Below, one piece after another: positions 63,035-64,000 of a DNA stretch of 64,000 nt; the stretch's first letter is position 1; each line of letters opens with the position of its first letter. The translations under genes were made by a program, and so were the position numbers. Origin of the DNA: Trichoplax adhaerens (taxonomy: Eukaryota; Animalia; Placozoa); NCBI RefSeq assembly GCF_000150275.1, contig NW_002060959.1:122371-186370 (forward strand), written 5' to 3'. The notes under the pieces were generated by a model. The model was not told the DNA's origin, made no database searches, and was given only the letters and a program-made list of their open reading frames with translations.

Positions 63035-64000
63035 ATGGAGTCGAAACTAATAGACGATAACTTAACAGAATATTTTCCTGAAGACATTGACTATGACGAA
63101 ACCACTTTACTTAATCGTAAAGAGCCAGAGCAGAAATCTCTTTCACCGCCATTGAATTTGGATGAATTTATTGATGAAATAGAGTTTGGATTGTTCCATT
63201 TTATTATTGTTGTTGCTAGTGGACTATGTTATTCCACGGTTAGTTTATTGACTCAAGCGGCGGGTTTAGTTATCATCGCTGCCTGCGATTTAGATACTGA
63301 TAACCATAATCAAATTTGGTGGGTCTTAAGTAATATTATTGGTACTTTAATTGGCAGTGCTATATTAGGACGATTAAGTGATGCCATAGGAAGGAGAAAA
63401 ATTCTTTTATTATCCACGTGCTTAAATTTAATTGTAACTATATTATCAGCATTCGCCTACAACTACATCTTAGTGCTTATATTTGCCATTTTTAATGGAA
63501 TTGGCTTTGGCGGTATATTTACTTCTGTTCACGCATATTGCTTAGAGTTTTTCCCACGTAAATATAGAGGCAAAGCCATTGGATGCCTAACTGCTTGTAT
63601 AATATTTGGTAGTGTCTACAGCAGTGGGATGGGCTATATCATATTGCCTCATCGATTTCACGCTCCGTTAGGAAAAATTTATTTCTCCAGCTGGCGTCTC
63701 TATCTACTGGTTTGCACATTGCCCATAATAATTAGTTTTTTACTCCTTCTTTGGGCTCCAGATAGCCTTCGATTTAGGATTAAAAGAGGAGAAATGGAAA
63801 AAGTGATACGAATTATTAATAAAATATATCGTACTAATTCTTATTGCCATCGCGATGGCCACCTGTATCGTCTGGTTACGCCTCCAGATTTAAATAAATC
63901 TCAGAGAAAAGACAATCATGATGATAAAAATATCCAATTAGCAAATGAATATAGCTTTAAATGTCATTTTTCACAAATAATCCAACGACAAACACTTTTA
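63035..64000 (+). CDS. SV2/SVOP-like MFS transporter, 5' part (runs off window; absent from ORF track)
   Basis: Open frame MESKLIDD..DETTLL..EFGLFHF..AACDL..GRLSDAIGRRK..EFFPRKYRG..SSWRLY to the window end. Confidence 0.9.
   Translation, partial: MESKLIDDNLTEYFPEDIDYDETTLLNRKEPEQKSLSPPLNLDEFIDEIEFGLFHFIIVVASGLCYSTVSLLTQAAGLVIIAACDLDTDNHNQIWWVLSNIIGTLIGSAILGRLSDAIGRRKILLLSTCLNLIVTILSAFAYNYILVLIFAIFNGIGFGGIFTSVHAYCLEFFPRKYRGKAIGCLTACIIFGSVYSSGMGYIILPHRFHAPLGKIYFSSWRLYLLVCTLPIIISFLLLLWAPDSLRFRIKRGEMEKVIRIINKIYRTNSYCHRDGHLYRLVTPPDLNKSQRKDNHDDKNIQLANEYSFKCHFSQIIQRQTLL

Overview
AT-rich eukaryotic genomic DNA with short GT-AG introns. Gene content and style suggest a basal animal such as the placozoan Trichoplax, but that is inference. 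From left to right: (1) part of a spliced + strand TIR_2-domain gene that keeps the putative NADase glutamate, with a solo LTR in one intron; (2) a repeat tangle around two 50-N gaps; (3) the 5' half (KS-MAT) of an animal type I fatty acid synthase on the - strand, cut off at a gap, with a GC-richer upstream region carrying SRE- and Sp1-like sites; (4) about 11 kb without recognisable coding sequence, containing local tandem repeats and a clean solo LTR; (5) an 8-exon, ~413-aa Death-Death-CARD adaptor gene built only from phase-1 exons; (6) a head-to-tail array of at least 8 SV2/SVOP-like MFS transporter loci with intronless CDSs (5 intact, 1 running off the window, 2 pseudogenes). Most array members carry N-terminal acidic dileucine sorting signals, and one pair appears homogenised by gene conversion. 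No CRISPR, rRNA or tRNA was found. All alignments and splice models were made by eye.
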